A stretch of DNA of 63,974 bases, counting the filler, from Octopus bimaculoides (Eukaryota): assembly GCF_001194135.2 (NCBI RefSeq). It is 8 parts of 8 records of this genome, joined end to end, with 100 filler letters (N's around TTAATTAATTAA, not from the genome) between each part and the next. Parts side by side here need not be neighbours in the genome. Positions count along the whole stretch, not along the records: positions 1 to 4,564 come from NC_069003.1; positions 4,665 to 29,367 come from NC_068988.1; 6 more parts are not named here. One strand, given 5' to 3'. The notes under the pieces are model-generated. The model saw only the letters and a program-made list of their open reading frames with translations. It was not told where the DNA came from and ran no database searches. Below, piece after piece: positions 1 to 12,837 of this stretch. Position 1 is the first letter of the stretch. Each line of letters begins with the position of its first letter. The position numbers were made by a program, and so were the translations under genes.

Positions 1-67
<67 letters not shown>

Positions 68-90
68 TGTATGTATGTATGTATGTATCT
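1..90. repeat. Compound microsatellite (AT)n-(AGAT)n-(ATGT)n
   Basis: Direct tandem units visible. Confidence 0.95.
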
Positions 91-2049
91 ATACATTTCT
101 CTGTTACCATTTATGTGTGATAGTGAGGACAATTTCGGCGTTATATTCGGCAGGACGAACGGCCAGATAAACACCCGGATGGTAAGCGAGTCTGTATATG
201 TTTGTACGTTACGTGTAATAATCTACTGGTATTTGAACTCATCACTCATTCTGAGAACGGAGCAAGAACAAAAGAACAAATGTGTCAGCACCATAATTTT
301 CCAAAGTTAAAGGTTGAGGACAGAGAGATTTACTAGGAACGTTTATGTATTATTTATTACATGCAGACAGGCTGCAGCTACTAAAGTGAGTTGATTCACT
401 TAGTTGTCTTATGTTGTTACTTGCACAAGCAACTTCTTGCGCACTCTTACCACACACACACATCCATCCATACATACATACATACATACACACATGTGTG
501 CGTGTGTGCGTGTGTGTGTATGTATGTATATATGTAAACACACATACACTCTCACACACTTGTATATATTAAGGAAGATAAATTGGTAGATTCAAGATTC
601 AAATATATATATACACACACATACATATATTTATATATATATACACACACATACATATATTTATATATTTTTATATACACACAAACACATACATAGATAT
701 AAATGTATATGTTATATTTGTGAGGATTTATGTACGCTTGTCTCTGTGTATCACTGTGTACCTGTCGATGCGTGTATGCTTGTATGTGTATATACGATAG
801 ATGTCAATTACTCTCCGCAGTTGGTGCTAGCGATTTATTCTATCGCAATGTCAGGGGGAATTTCGTTATGACTTATGAATTATTAATGGCCACAAAAGAC
901 CGTATTCTTGTCTGTGTTTAATGCATTTGGTTAGTTCTCTGCTGAAATTTGGCAGTTTCGTGAATGTAATAAGAATTCTGGAACTATAATAGGGTAGTTG
1001 TCACAGGAAAGATCTGGCATTCACCTCTTTCAGTCATATAATGGATATATATTTTACTCTTTGTGGCTGAGAAAAAAAATGTAAGCTTTATTATATTATT
1101 ATCTCTGCGTTTCTACATTTTCTTTATTATCAAGAGAGTACCGAACAAACGAATATGTTACGAGAAGTGTGCGTCCATGAAATCCTCCAGTTAAATATGT
1201 CGAAAATGAAATTGTTTGGTCATGTAACACAATAGAAGTCATTTAAACTACAGTTAGGCTATGGTCAGTCAAGGGAAAATATGAACAGAAAAATAAACAC
1301 TCTCGCTGGTAAAAAAATAAATAGGAGCTCCATATAAGAATGCATAACTAACATCAAGGGACAAAGAGAGAGAGGGATGTGGAGGAAATTATGACAACAT
1401 CATAGAAATTATGACTCTATCACTCGTTGCTAGATTACATTGACGAGTGTAAGCTTCACCTTGCTTTGCAAGTGAAATATTCGTATGAATTAGCAAAACG
1501 GGATGCCGGTCCGTCAATGGATGACACAGTTTTGCTTGCTGCGTAAACTGGAAGAACGTGAAATGAAGTTTTTCTTATTCTTTCATTCATTCTTTTCATC
1601 TTGAGTTTTGGCTGAAGAACACAATGCATCGCACAGTCGAAGAATTGAAACCTCAAACAGTGTTATACACTGACCACAAAACCACAGGAATCTACAACCC
1701 CTACACACACACACGTACACATACATGTATATATTTGCTGGTTTTTGTTTGACTGCGTTACAACAGTATACGGACAGGCGTTTTGGGTAGATTTGTTTGA
1801 TAAGATACTGTTGAAGTGTTGTGTTAAGTAGGGATTCTATGATGATTTGTATTGCTTAATATAATACATGTTTCCATTCCTTTGTCCGATGCTTCCAGGG
1901 TGTTTTCTTAAACTAATGGAGTTTTCGGTATCTAAGTGAAGTGGTTGTTTTTATGGGTTCTTTCCCTTAGCTATATACCGTTTCACACTCAAACACGCAT
2001 AGAAAGAGAGGAAAGAAAATCACAAGACAAACACAGAAAAACAATTACT

Positions 2050-2123
2050 GCATACACACATACATGCATACACACACATACAGATTTATATATATACAAA
2101 TACACACACACACACACACACAG

Positions 2124-2198
<75 letters not shown>

Positions 2199-2300
2199 CA
2201 CATATTTACATATATACACACATATATATATTTATTTATATAGATATATATATATATCAACATGTAAGTATGTGTCTGTGCGTGATGTGTGTGCGTGCGC
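2050..2300. repeat. Compound (CA)n/(TA)n microsatellite
   Basis: Direct tandem units; source of the spurious HT/YI/CV ORFs. Confidence 0.95.
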
Positions 2301-2503
2301 ACGTTTATAAATACTTGCCTATATATGCATAAACACTAATGGAAAACCAGTAAATATCAAATGATATCAAATTTTCTTCTCGTCTCTCCGCTTCTTCTAT
2401 TCTCTCCTCTTCTATCCTATTATTCTATTATGTGATTGTATCCTATCTCGCCATAGCTAATACGATGTGGACAACTGACAACTGAATTAATGCGGCAACG
2501 TAG

Positions 2504-2686
2504 GAGTTAATCAACAAATATCTTAATCCAAATTTTCTTGGAAGACAGAAAAGGATACACACAATGAACAATGTACAATGGACAAAATATCGCTTTATGG
2601 AACCACCGCTCGAGCCATATTCTAACGGTTTAGTAGGCAAAAGACGAGCACCGCGTATACGTTCATGTTATGGCTTCTCTAACTGA
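2504..2686 (+). CDS. Speculative terminal coding exon, prohormone-like (ELINKYLNPNFLGRQKR...EPYSNGLVGKRR...)
   Basis: 60-codon open frame after a weak TAG acceptor; contains the basic motifs RQKR and G-KRR. No homology search was possible. Confidence 0.15.
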   Translation, partial: ELINKYLNPNFLGRQKRIHTMNNVQWTKYRFMEPPLEPYSNGLVGKRRAPRIRSCYGFSN

Positions 2687-2707
2687 TCTTACGACGTAGA
2701 TGTTGAA

Positions 2708-2960
2708 GGCACGTGACCTTGTGTTTAGAGTATTCAGCTGATGAACGTAGGTTCGTGGGAACGAATCACAGCGGCGCTTTTGTGTCTTCGAGCAAGACAC
2801 CTTTATTTCGTGTTGTTCCGTCGATTCAGTTCGTATAAATGTCTGGTGCCTGTTTTTCAAAGAGCCAGCCTTGTCGCATTCTTTGTCATGCTCAATCTCT
2901 TAGAGAACTACGTTTAATGGTAATGCTTAGCCATGTGTACGTTTCAAATTCACAAGGCCA
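2708..2960 (+). mobile_element. Degenerate tRNA-derived SINE (family C)
   Basis: tRNA-like head followed by TTGTGTCTTCGAGCAAGACACCTTTATTTC, a core I recall from octopod SINEs. Confidence 0.65.
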
Positions 2961-4608
2961 GCAAGTTAATGGGACGGGGGAAAATCGATTAGGAGGCCGA
3001 AAAGATGAAAGGAAAATTCGAATTTGAAATTATAACTTGTAATTAAAGGTTATTAGTTATGGCCGGTCAGAGAGAGACCGTTGTTTTTGCACCTATAAGG
3101 TTCTTAACGGTAAACGTGTCTCTTCGGAATGGGTGGCCAGATGCACGTCACTTCTCTATAACAGGTGGTAGGAAAGAATGTTTATGTCCTAGAATTGTTA
3201 ACAAGACATCTTTCATGTAATGTATCCTTCTTTATCTGGAGACACGGAAAGGAGATAACCCTAGCTAGATTATAAAGCCGTGCCTTTGTCTTAGACCAGT
3301 AAATATAAGTGACTGATATCCGCTAACGGATTGCCTAGTCAGAACAAATTCAGAGGTGGATGAGGAACGCATTGATGAGAAATAAACTAACTTTAGATTA
3401 ATTCAAATATGTTTGTGATGTATTTTAAGTTCTATAGGCAATTTTACTGCAGTTTACCGCAGAGAAGATTTTCTGTTATGAAATGTGTTGGTTTTACACA
3501 TTTTACTACAAGCAATAATAATTTTCTCCACGGAAAACCGCAGAGGAACAGATTGAATATATATACATACATACATAAGTTCAGGTTTATAGTTGTAATT
3601 ATTGGAGCCGTGGGTTATGTAACACGCTGCCTAAATACCTACCTTGAGAAATTAGACTTCACAAAACCATAAAATTAGAAAGCTAATGCGAGCATCACAG
3701 ATCCAACCCATCACTTGATCTGTGAAACATTTCCAGAAGCTTTTTCCTTAAGTATATTTTGAACATGTCTATATACGCAAGTGTATGCATGAGAAGACAT
3801 ACATAAGACAAGACATACAAATCAGCACATATGCATACATATTTACAAAAATACCCTGTTGTTGATGTTGAAATTATAATGAAGGAGACTTGGATCTACG
3901 TTAGAAACTGGCACTTTCGCCATAGGGAAGAAATCTTGAAATAAACTGAATAATACCATACATACATATTTCTTACAAACGCGTTTGCATTAATTTGTGA
4001 ATATGCAACTGTATTATAATGCAGAGCATACATATTCATGCAAGCATGTACGCACAATTCCCTGTACACTGAAATGAATAAAACATGACCTCTATAGGAT
4101 TACAGTTGTATCGCCATAATCCTATGGAATTCACGTGGTAAAATAAATATATACATCTTTGATACTTCCTGGCCTTACTTATAAATATATATATATATAT
4201 ATGTGTATGTACATGTGTGTGTGTCTGTATGTACTTGTGTATATGTGTGCGTTTCTTTGCAAATTACCTAATATATATGACAGCATGGATCTCGGTTTCC
4301 ATATGTGCGTATTTAAAGCGGAGCCAAAAGGAAGTGACATAGCGAATCACTACTCATGCGTGTACATACAAACGCGTGTACTTGAAGATATATTTATAGA
4401 ATGAGAGCGAATGAAGGAGGGGGGAAGGGAGGGATTGAGAGAGCGATTGAGAGAGAAAAACCAATACAGCATAACATTTCTCCAGGAATTATATTTTGGA
4501 TTACGGACACAGACATACTGCCGCTATGAGTTTATATACACAAGAATATATATATATATATATANNNNNNNNNNNNNNNNNNNNNNNNNNNNNNNNNNNN
4601 NNNNNNNN

Positions 4609-4620
4609 TTAATTAATTAA
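4609..4620. other. Assembly spacer TTAATTAATTAA inside a 100-bp N block; also at 29412, 32195, 40125, 56459, 60303 and 62158
   Basis: 44 N + 12-mer + 44 N, identical at seven sites; the 12-mer has stops in all six frames. Confidence 0.95.
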
Positions 4621-4664
4621 NNNNNNNNNNNNNNNNNNNNNNNNNNNNNNNNNNNNNNNNNNNN

Positions 4665-4704
<40 letters not shown>

Positions 4705-4727
4705 GTATATATGTATACATATATATG

Positions 4728-4758
<31 letters not shown>

Positions 4759-4781
4759 GTATATATATATGTATGTATATA

Positions 4782-4812
<31 letters not shown>

Positions 4813-5157
4813 GCACATATATATATATATATATATATGCATATATATGGTGTATATGCATATATGTGCGTGCTAGATTATTTCTATTCGGTTGATTTTT
4901 ATCCATTACTGTTGATTCTTTTTGAGTATTCGTATGTGTAGGTGAATGTTTACAATAGTTTAGACAACCGAGATCTTTTACTCATAGAAGAACTGAAGGT
5001 TGTGTATGCTTTTTTCTTTTCTTTATTTTTTTTGCGGTTTTGTTTTTTGTTCAGCAATTTGTTAGGTATCTTAGAATGGTAATTTGATTATTTATAGAAT
5101 GAGTAGAAAAGGGGGGAAAATGAAAAGGATAAAGAAAAATAAATGAAAGATAACCCT

Positions 5158-5210
<53 letters not shown>

Positions 5211-7054
5211 AAGGAGGAGTGTAGAATGTTAAATATATTTAGATTAAATGTCGCTTCCTTGAAGGACATTTAGGGTCACTTGGTGAAGTGTAGCGTTAGA
5301 GAATTAGAGATTGTGCGGTGTGAGTGACGTGGCTATTCTGTTGGTTTGGAAGGTTGATGGATGTATCATAAGATGTTTGAAGTGGATATGGGGAGAAGAT
5401 GTCTGTGGGGAAAGTGAGAGGTGACGTAATAACCTCATTCACATATAAGCACACGTACACACACAGATGGTGACAAATAGCCAGATAAATAGAGTGATAC
5501 ACAGGTGCACATACAGCGTGTGCTTGCGTGTAAATGCATAGATGTAAACACATGTGTATATATACGTGCAGATATGTATACAAAGTGCATGCAGGCATCT
5601 GAGTACGCAGAAAAAGAGCATGAGAGTTAATACATGGAGGCATGCAGACAGAGAACTTACAGCAAACAGAGAACCTAAAGTCTATCTAGACTGTTTTGTC
5701 TTTCACCAAAGAATCTGTGTTGTCCAAACTGACAGGTGCACACACAAATAAGCAGAGAAACAAACCCAGACACAGCTTCAAACCAGATCCATCACTTATA
5801 AATTAAACAGCATTTTCCTAACTCTATAACTGTGCATACATATTCGCGTGCGCGAACACACACACACATGTATGTATGTATGTATGTATGTATGCCTTGG
5901 AATTTTGGTAACATTACCACGTGCTTTAGTTTACTTCATTTTACCATTACTAGTTCGATACACATCGCTTTGCTGACGGCAGGCTGGCATTTGACTTCTT
6001 TTTTTTTAAACATAAACTGTTTCTCCATATAGATTGTTATCTTTAATATAAAATATAAAATGCTTAATTAGAAAGTGTCTTAGAAAAATTATAAAGTTAT
6101 TAACTTTATTTCGATCTCCATTTTCACAAAATACATTTTGTCCTTTTTAATTGTGTAAATAATTGAAATTTAGGTCACCATTCTCAATGAAGGCTTGATA
6201 AATAGTCTTTTAATATTGTTTATCTAAAAGCATTTGTTTTGACATTTTACCCTACCTAAATGATTCCACCGTAATCTTCCTACGATAGTTCTGTTTCCAT
6301 CATTATGTTGTGTCTTTTTGCGAGATGCACGGTGGAATTGTGTTTGATCTGTCAATATTCTCAGGGTGTTTTTTTTTATTAATTGGATCGCTCACCCTGT
6401 TTATAGCAACATATAATTGTCCAACTGTGATTACTGGATTTGAAATGAAAGATCGAATCACACCTCTATGAAACTTTTTTATTTATCTGTATAGCAAAAC
6501 AAACTTTATAGAAAACTGAATGCATTTGTTTACTCTAAATGGCAAATCAATGGTTCAACACTGCTAGCATCAATGCCGACTAAGTTTGCTGATTATCTGT
6601 AAAGTATCAGTAACGTTAGTGACTGTGTAGCGAGTGCCTTTACAGAGGTCACTCATGATGTCTAGGATTTGGAGAAGTATTACTGGAGATATTATCTTGG
6701 TTTTGGTGATGAGAATGGTAGACCACTTACATTTAACGAATTCAAAAGTGTGGGGAAAATAACAATTTGATTTTCCTCTAATGCTGAGTTTTTGTTCTCG
6801 GCGTTATCACAATTGTATGAAGTGTATTCATAAGTTAATTGTTTAGTTGATCGACTTCTTGTTTTTGTTGCTGTTGTTATTGTTTCATCAGATTAATCTA
6901 TTACACCTAGATGAAGAAACTAAGTTTACCAACTATCGAAGTCATATTGAATCAACTGGTTATTCTATGCACATTGTAGGTCGCTTATGGTGGCTTCTTT
7001 TGTATTATCCAAAGTCATTATTTCTCTTCTGCGGTATTGAGAATAATCAATAAT

Positions 7055-7240
7055 ATTTATTTCTTTATTGCCCACAGGTGGCTAAACATAGAGGGGACAA
7101 ACAAGGACAGTAAAAGCGATTACATCGACTCCAGTGCGTAACTGGTACTTATTTAACCGACCCCGAAAGGATGAAAGGCAAATTCGACCTCAGCGGAATT
7201 TGAACTCAGAACATAACGGCAGACGAAATACCAATTTCTC
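7055..7240 (-). mobile_element. tRNA-derived SINE (family B)
   Basis: ACTGGTACTTATTT..CGACCCCGAAAGGATGAAAGGCAAA..CGACCTC.GCGGAATTTGAACTCAGAAC, shared with the copies at 34.0 and 54.5 kb. Confidence 0.85.
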
Positions 7241-7448
7241 TATTGCCCACCGGGTGCTAAACGTAGAAATGGACAGAACAACAGATGGGATCAGTAATGC
7301 GGTATGATTTTACATAAAATATGACTTTTAAAAATTAAATAAAATATATTTCAAAAAATGGAATGAAATTAACAATACAGGTACAATAAAAATGAAGCGA
7401 TGATCAGGCCACGCTCCGACCCCACAAGCCCCGATCTATCGCTGGTAT

Positions 7449-7845
7449 CTTTTTTTGTTCTTTTTTCTTTTTTTTTTTCGTCTATTCCCACGGTTCTTTG
7501 CACGCACAATACTCGTACACTCCAACAGAAATCTCTTCTCCAGCCACACCTTCTTTTTCAAATGAAAAGTAAAATATGATCGTAAATTGTGGCCAGAGAT
7601 AAAGTTGCCTGTCTTAATTCCTTTTGCCCTAGTCTTCCATACTGCCTCTTTTGCTATTGCCATAACCGTGAGAAAACAATTCTTACCTTCGTTTGTTAAA
7701 ACTCCCGGTGGGTCAATTTTATAATTGACTAAGTCCACAGCTGTACTCTTCCTTCTCTGGACATCAGGTGTTCAGCAAAAGCCCACATTTCAGATATCTC
7801 TGGACACTGAACAATAGAGCTTGCTGAACAAATGAACAGGAGTCA
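7449..7845 (-). mobile_element. 3' end of an L1/Tx1-like LINE with A-rich tail
   Basis: Minus frames QCPEISEMWAFAEHLM and IDPP..CFLTVMAIAKEAVWKTR resemble the post-RT C-terminus; A-rich tract at 7449-7478. Confidence 0.5.
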
Positions 7846-7869
7846 CAATGCATTATTGAAGATGGTAGT

Positions 7870-8415
7870 CCCTGGATATTGTAAATAGTGTGGAAAATGG
7901 GTTACTTCGGAGGTTGACACTCGATTTGAAAGGGAGGAGTGTGAAAGCTCTGCTTTAGTAAATCCGTTTGAAGCAAATGAAAACATGACCTTTCCCGACC
8001 TGTTAACAAAGGATGAAATATTTCCGTATCTTTCCAACCCGGAGACCAAAGTAAAATCAATAGAATGTCGTCACACATCCCCAAAGCTTATGAAGTTCCA
8101 AGAGCTAGTGATCGACATAGAACAAGACCTTGGGTCTTGTTCTATGAGCATCATTCTTCTTGATTTTGTTGGAAAGTGGTTTTACCCTCAACAGCGAATT
8201 GTATATTAAGACACGCACAAACCTAAGAGAAACCGTTAGGAGAAAGAAGCCGAACAAAAGTCTGGAAAATGATCTCCCCTCCTCGTCATTACAGTACGCA
8301 GTCACACACATTCTTGCCATCAAACTAGGTTGGCTATTCCCCAATCCTCTGTACAGCACGGATCTGATGTCCTCCGGATTCCACTTTATCCGTCCAACTT
8401 TGAATGACGCTTTAA
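7870..8415 (+). mobile_element. Old mariner transposase remnant
   Basis: Frameshifted matches to mariner motifs: LLTKDE (TGDE), NPETK.KSIECRH (EPETKRQSMEW), SGFTLNSELY, NPLYSTDLMSSGFH (HPPYSPDLAPSDFH). Confidence 0.75.
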
Positions 8416-9214
8416 TCGTATCAAGCTCGTCTATCTCTAGCAAAGCTACTTCTTCCAGATTCAAAATATAAAGAACGTTTAGAAAATATGTGCTGAGATA
8501 TTATTGTATCACATTACCACCCTTGATATAAATGTTATTTTAAGGCGAGGAGATACGCAGAAGTCTTTCTTAATGACGATGTTTGTGAGAGTGTTAATAT
8601 GCTATAACAGAACCATGTAACCGGTGTGATGACTTACAAAGATGGTGGTCGTACGTATATTTTTACAACTGTGAGCTTTTTATAACTAATTTTCATATTG
8701 AAAGCCTTCATTTCTAGTGTAGTGTCGTTTCCGATTAGTTTACAAAAGTCAATTGTGTCATCAATATAATGAATGCAAGAATTTAAGTAAGTTACAAGAT
8801 CTCTACAGTCACGAACAGCAGTCTATCTAGTCTCATTTAGTATAAATTAGAATGCTGTGTGTTCGGTCTTTCACTTCTAGAACGTTTTTTTTTTTTTAAA
8901 TAATTCCTATATTTTGTAGGTGATTCTAAAACATGAACTCTCAGGCTGTTAGAAATTATATAACAAAATTTCAAGACCCAGCCATTTTTACAAAGTTTGT
9001 TTTTGTGTATAACACGTTTTCCTTTAGTATATTCTGTACAGTGTTTTGAGTTGTAAAAGAAGATAACGGTACATTTATTTTATAATGTCATAGTCGTTGT
9101 TAATATCGCTTTTCTTGTAAAGTGTATTTTCTAAGATGTCTGCAAACTTTGTTGTGATTTGGTGGAGGAATATTTGTATATATATATTTCCTGTGTGTAT
9201 CTTTTATATTTTAT

Positions 9215-9340
9215 CTTTTATTTGTTTCAGTCAATTGGCTGCGGCCATGCTGGGGCACCGCGCGTTTTTTTAAACTTAGTGCTTATTCCATCAGTCTCTT
9301 TTGCTGAAACGCTATGTTACAGGTACGTAAACGCATAAAC
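9215..9340 (-). mobile_element. Degenerate SINE family A body
   Basis: TTTGTTTCAGTCAATTGGCTGCGGCCATGCTGGGGCACCGC matches the copy at 63330. Confidence 0.75.
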
Positions 9341-9489
9341 ATACCATATATATGCACACACATATATATACATACACATATATATATATTTAAATATATA
9401 TACGACGGGCTACCTTACAATATTCCCTTTAGAGGAATACGTGCAGTATCAAAGGTTAGAGAATTCCGGTGTGGTTGTTGTTGTTGTTG

Positions 9490-9552
9490 TTAGGGTGGCA
9501 GAATCGTTGGCACGCCGGGCAATATTCTTAGCGGTATTCCGTCTGCCGCTAC
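9490..9552 (+). mobile_element. SINE family B tRNA-like head
   Basis: TGGCAGAATCGTTGGCACGCCGGGC..CTTAGCGGTATT is the reverse complement of the family B end at 34.1 kb. Confidence 0.7.
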
Positions 9553-9599
9553 ATGCCGGGGCATAAGACTGGGCAAGGTTGTTTAAGGCAGACCAGCAG

Positions 9600-9715
9600 T
9601 CAGCCCGGAACACTAGCCTCCCCTCTTCACACCACCGATGTTATCCAAGGGAAAGGCAAGGGCCGATACAGCTTGGCACCAGTGACGTCGCAACTCATTT
9701 CTACTACTGAGCGAA
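9600..9715 (-). mobile_element. SINE family C-related 3' fragment
   Basis: GGGAAAGGCAAGGGCCGATACAGCTTGGCACCAGTGACGTCGCAACTCATTTCTAC, a repeat core recalled from octopod DNA. Confidence 0.5.
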
Positions 9716-9811
9716 AAACATGTAGTAACAGTACTGTACAGTAAAATCTATTTGCCAACGCAAAGTGGCACTCCTACATAGGACGATGTTATACTTTTCA
9801 GTCCCAAGAAA

Positions 9812-10032
9812 GAGTGGCTACTATCTCTAACCGGTGATTGTGCTGTACTGACGAAGTAAAATTACCCCAAAACCAGTGGTCCACAGGGATCGCTACAGCT
9901 AGATAGGGAGCGGTAGACTCTCTTGCTCACAGTATGCGAACACTGATAGCTTGTCGATAGCCAGCTGGAAAAGACGTGTTCCTGAGCAATAGACGTCTTT
10001 GGTCAACCACCGGCTAGAGATAGCAGCCACTC
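9812..10032. mobile_element. MITE-like element bounded by 25-bp inverted repeats
   Basis: GAGTGGCTACTATCTCTAACCGGTG (9812-9836) vs CACCGGCTAGAGATAGCAGCCACTC (10008-10032): 23/25 complementary. Confidence 0.5.
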
Positions 10033-10114
10033 ACTCTTGCTCACAGTATATACTTTTAAAGTGATACACAGCCACTAATCTCGTAAACACACAGTCGTTG
10101 AAGAGGCAAATCCT

Positions 10115-10270
10115 GTAGCACGCCGGGCAAAATGCTTAGCGATATTTTGTCTATCTTCACGTTCCGAGTTCAAAAGCCGCCATGGCTAATACTAGTTCAG
10201 TATTGAGGTTGATCGACAAGCCCTCAGCACTCAAAAATGCTGGCCCTGTGCCAAAATTAGAAAGAGTTAT
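10115..10270 (+). mobile_element. SINE family B, internally deleted
   Basis: GCACGCCGGGCAAAATGCTTAGC..CCGAGTTCAAA B-box, then the family tail GGCCCTGTGCCAAAATTAGAAAG. Confidence 0.7.
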
Positions 10271-11485
10271 TGTTCTTGTTAATGCTAATACTATTGGAGG
10301 AGTAGTAACGGTTTAGATATTATCCTTGTTTTTGTTATTAATATGACTTTTATTATTATTAGATGTCAAGATTTTCTGAATTATGTATATAGCAATAAAA
10401 AAAACGTGATGTTATATAGGAAATAAAATACTGGCAGTTTTGTATAACAGTTTGCTGTAACTAGGTTAGTCGACAGATAACAATCAGATAAACACTTCGA
10501 GTAATTACTGAAAACAAGTAATATTATACAACACATTGAAATTCATAAGCTCGAGTAAAAGAGAGATAGAGAAAAATCTGTATATACAATGAGAAGATAT
10601 AGAAGAAAGGGACATATAAAGACGGGAGAGATAGAAGGGGGAATACAGAAAGGGATGAAAATGTTATTTTTGCTGCTACACACATCGAAATATGGTAACT
10701 AGAGTCTAGTATCGGGAGAGTAACTAACTGATTCTGTAATTTTGCATAGCTGTATTTAAGAATAGAAATTCTATCATAGTTGGTAGTTTGGTCGTAGATT
10801 TAGTTTTACTGATTTAATTACAGTGCTTATTATTGAAAGGAAACGCATCGTAACCTAGACTGACATTAAATAGGTAGAGTTCAAGTGAGTTTATACTTCT
10901 ATTCAATACCTTCTATTAAAAGGTATGGACATACAGTGACATTATTTCATGAATATGCATGCGTCTAAGCTATGCACTTGTCTATATATTGGTCAGCATA
11001 TTGCCTAAGGAAAAGGGTTAACATATTCGAAGGTTAATTTATTTTCACTTCAATAATATGTCGGCAGCTAAATTCCGGTATTAAAACATCGAGGCAACAT
11101 CTATTTCAGAGAGAAAAAAGGCGGGTGGAATATTTCTAACAGTGATGTAGATGATCCAATATTCTTTGGTAGGGTTTGGTTAAATGAAAGTCAGAAGAAT
11201 ATTGTATTAAAAAGATATAAATATAGAGCGTCAAAATCAATAGATGGATATCTGTATTGACGTAGACTGTTGTTTTCATAAACATAAGCGACACGCATAC
11301 ACACACACATACACAACACATACATATATGCACACACTTAATAATAAATCCACAATATCGCATCTAAATATTTCAAAGCATGGAGCAGAATTTTGCTTTG
11401 GCTAGGCATCCTTGTGCTTGCTTTACTAGCAATGTTAAAGGAATTTATTAACCTTTCCAAAACTTTGTACATACACTCACATACA

Positions 11486-11526
<41 letters not shown>

Positions 11527-11609
11527 TCTCACATATATACATATATGTGTATATATACCTGTATATGTGTATGTGTGTGTGTATATGTATATATATGCAC
11601 ACACATAAT

Positions 11610-11680
11610 ATTGGTTTCAAATTTTGGCACCAGGCCAGCAGTTTTGGAGGAGGGGCCAATCGAATAAATCGACCCAAGTG
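11610..11680 (-). mobile_element. SINE family B tail fragment
   Basis: TTTCAAATTTTGGCACCAGGCCAGCAGTTTTGGAGGAGGGG..ATCGACCC; similar to 34170. Confidence 0.65.
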
Positions 11681-12837
11681 ACGTAATATTAAGCATAGAA
11701 GCAAGTCTGTGCGTATCCACATGAATTTACTTATTTAAGCATAAAACTAAAAGAATATGTATATATACGTATATATTTAATACTGCACACCTATTTCAAA
11801 TCGCACATAAGATTACCTTAAGACCAAACTAGAATGACTAGGACTAGAATTATAAGTAATTCAAACTAACACTCATAATAATTAAAATACAAAAAGCTAA
11901 CCGAGTTGCAATGTGTTAGATATATTTGTGAGAAAATATCTGTCTTCAGCACACTCGCATGAACCTTACGCTTAGAAAATGCCACCAGATTTTCACTTGC
12001 AGAGATACACTCTAAATACAGTCGATAATTAGTTACAACACAAAATTGGATAACAATATGGTTTTATCTGATGAGAGATCAAATGGATAATTAGAGGAAT
12101 TAATGTGGAATAAATATTCATGACTATAGTATCAATATCTCAGCAGAAAACAAAAAATCAAATGCAAGAATGCTCTTTAAAATTCTGTGTTAATGTGTAA
12201 AAGAAAAAGCTTCCCTTGACAAACAGCATTACTTTTCTAATTCATACTTTGTAATAATTATGTGCTATCGTATCCAACTTATTCTAAACATAGAATACAG
12301 CAACGCTTCGTTTTGGCCTCCTTATATTTACTCTACTGCCAAGTACAAAGATATCATTAATCTTGTTTTCAAATAAGCTCAACATTAAACAACTCAATAT
12401 AAATTAATTTCGTTTAGATGTGTTTGTGTGTGAGTATGTGTTAATAAGTGCGCCTGTGTTATTTAGTTTTGAAGATAATTATATTTTAACCATTTTTTTC
12501 ACTTAATGAAAACTGAAAGCAAAGAACAAATGATATCGTTCATCTATTTAGCCTTCATTCAATATTCTAATATTCCAATTATATACAAATACATAACTAT
12601 TTCAATCTGTAGAATTTTAGATCTGTATTTTGAAATTTAAAATCAAAAGAGAATTTTAAGATTGTGATGAAAATCACATGATTAGAGACTTTGAAGACTT
12701 CCCTAGACATTGATGAATACAAACAGATATTTGTAGTCGAAGTACAGCCATACAAATCAAATCAGATAAGAGGAGAAGTGAATAAATTTTCTTCTCTTCT
12801 GTCCAAAGAACACGACATTTGGTCAATATATTAGACT

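Noticed and set aside
1936-2310. Many HT/YI/CV/YM-rich ORFs across the window
   Set aside because: They are translations of (CA)n, (TA)n and (CATA)n repeats, which lack stop codons.
4609-4620. Identical palindrome TTAATTAATTAA at seven sites
   Set aside because: Always centred in 100-bp N blocks and has stops in six frames, so it is an assembly spacer. Adjacency across these gaps is uncertain.
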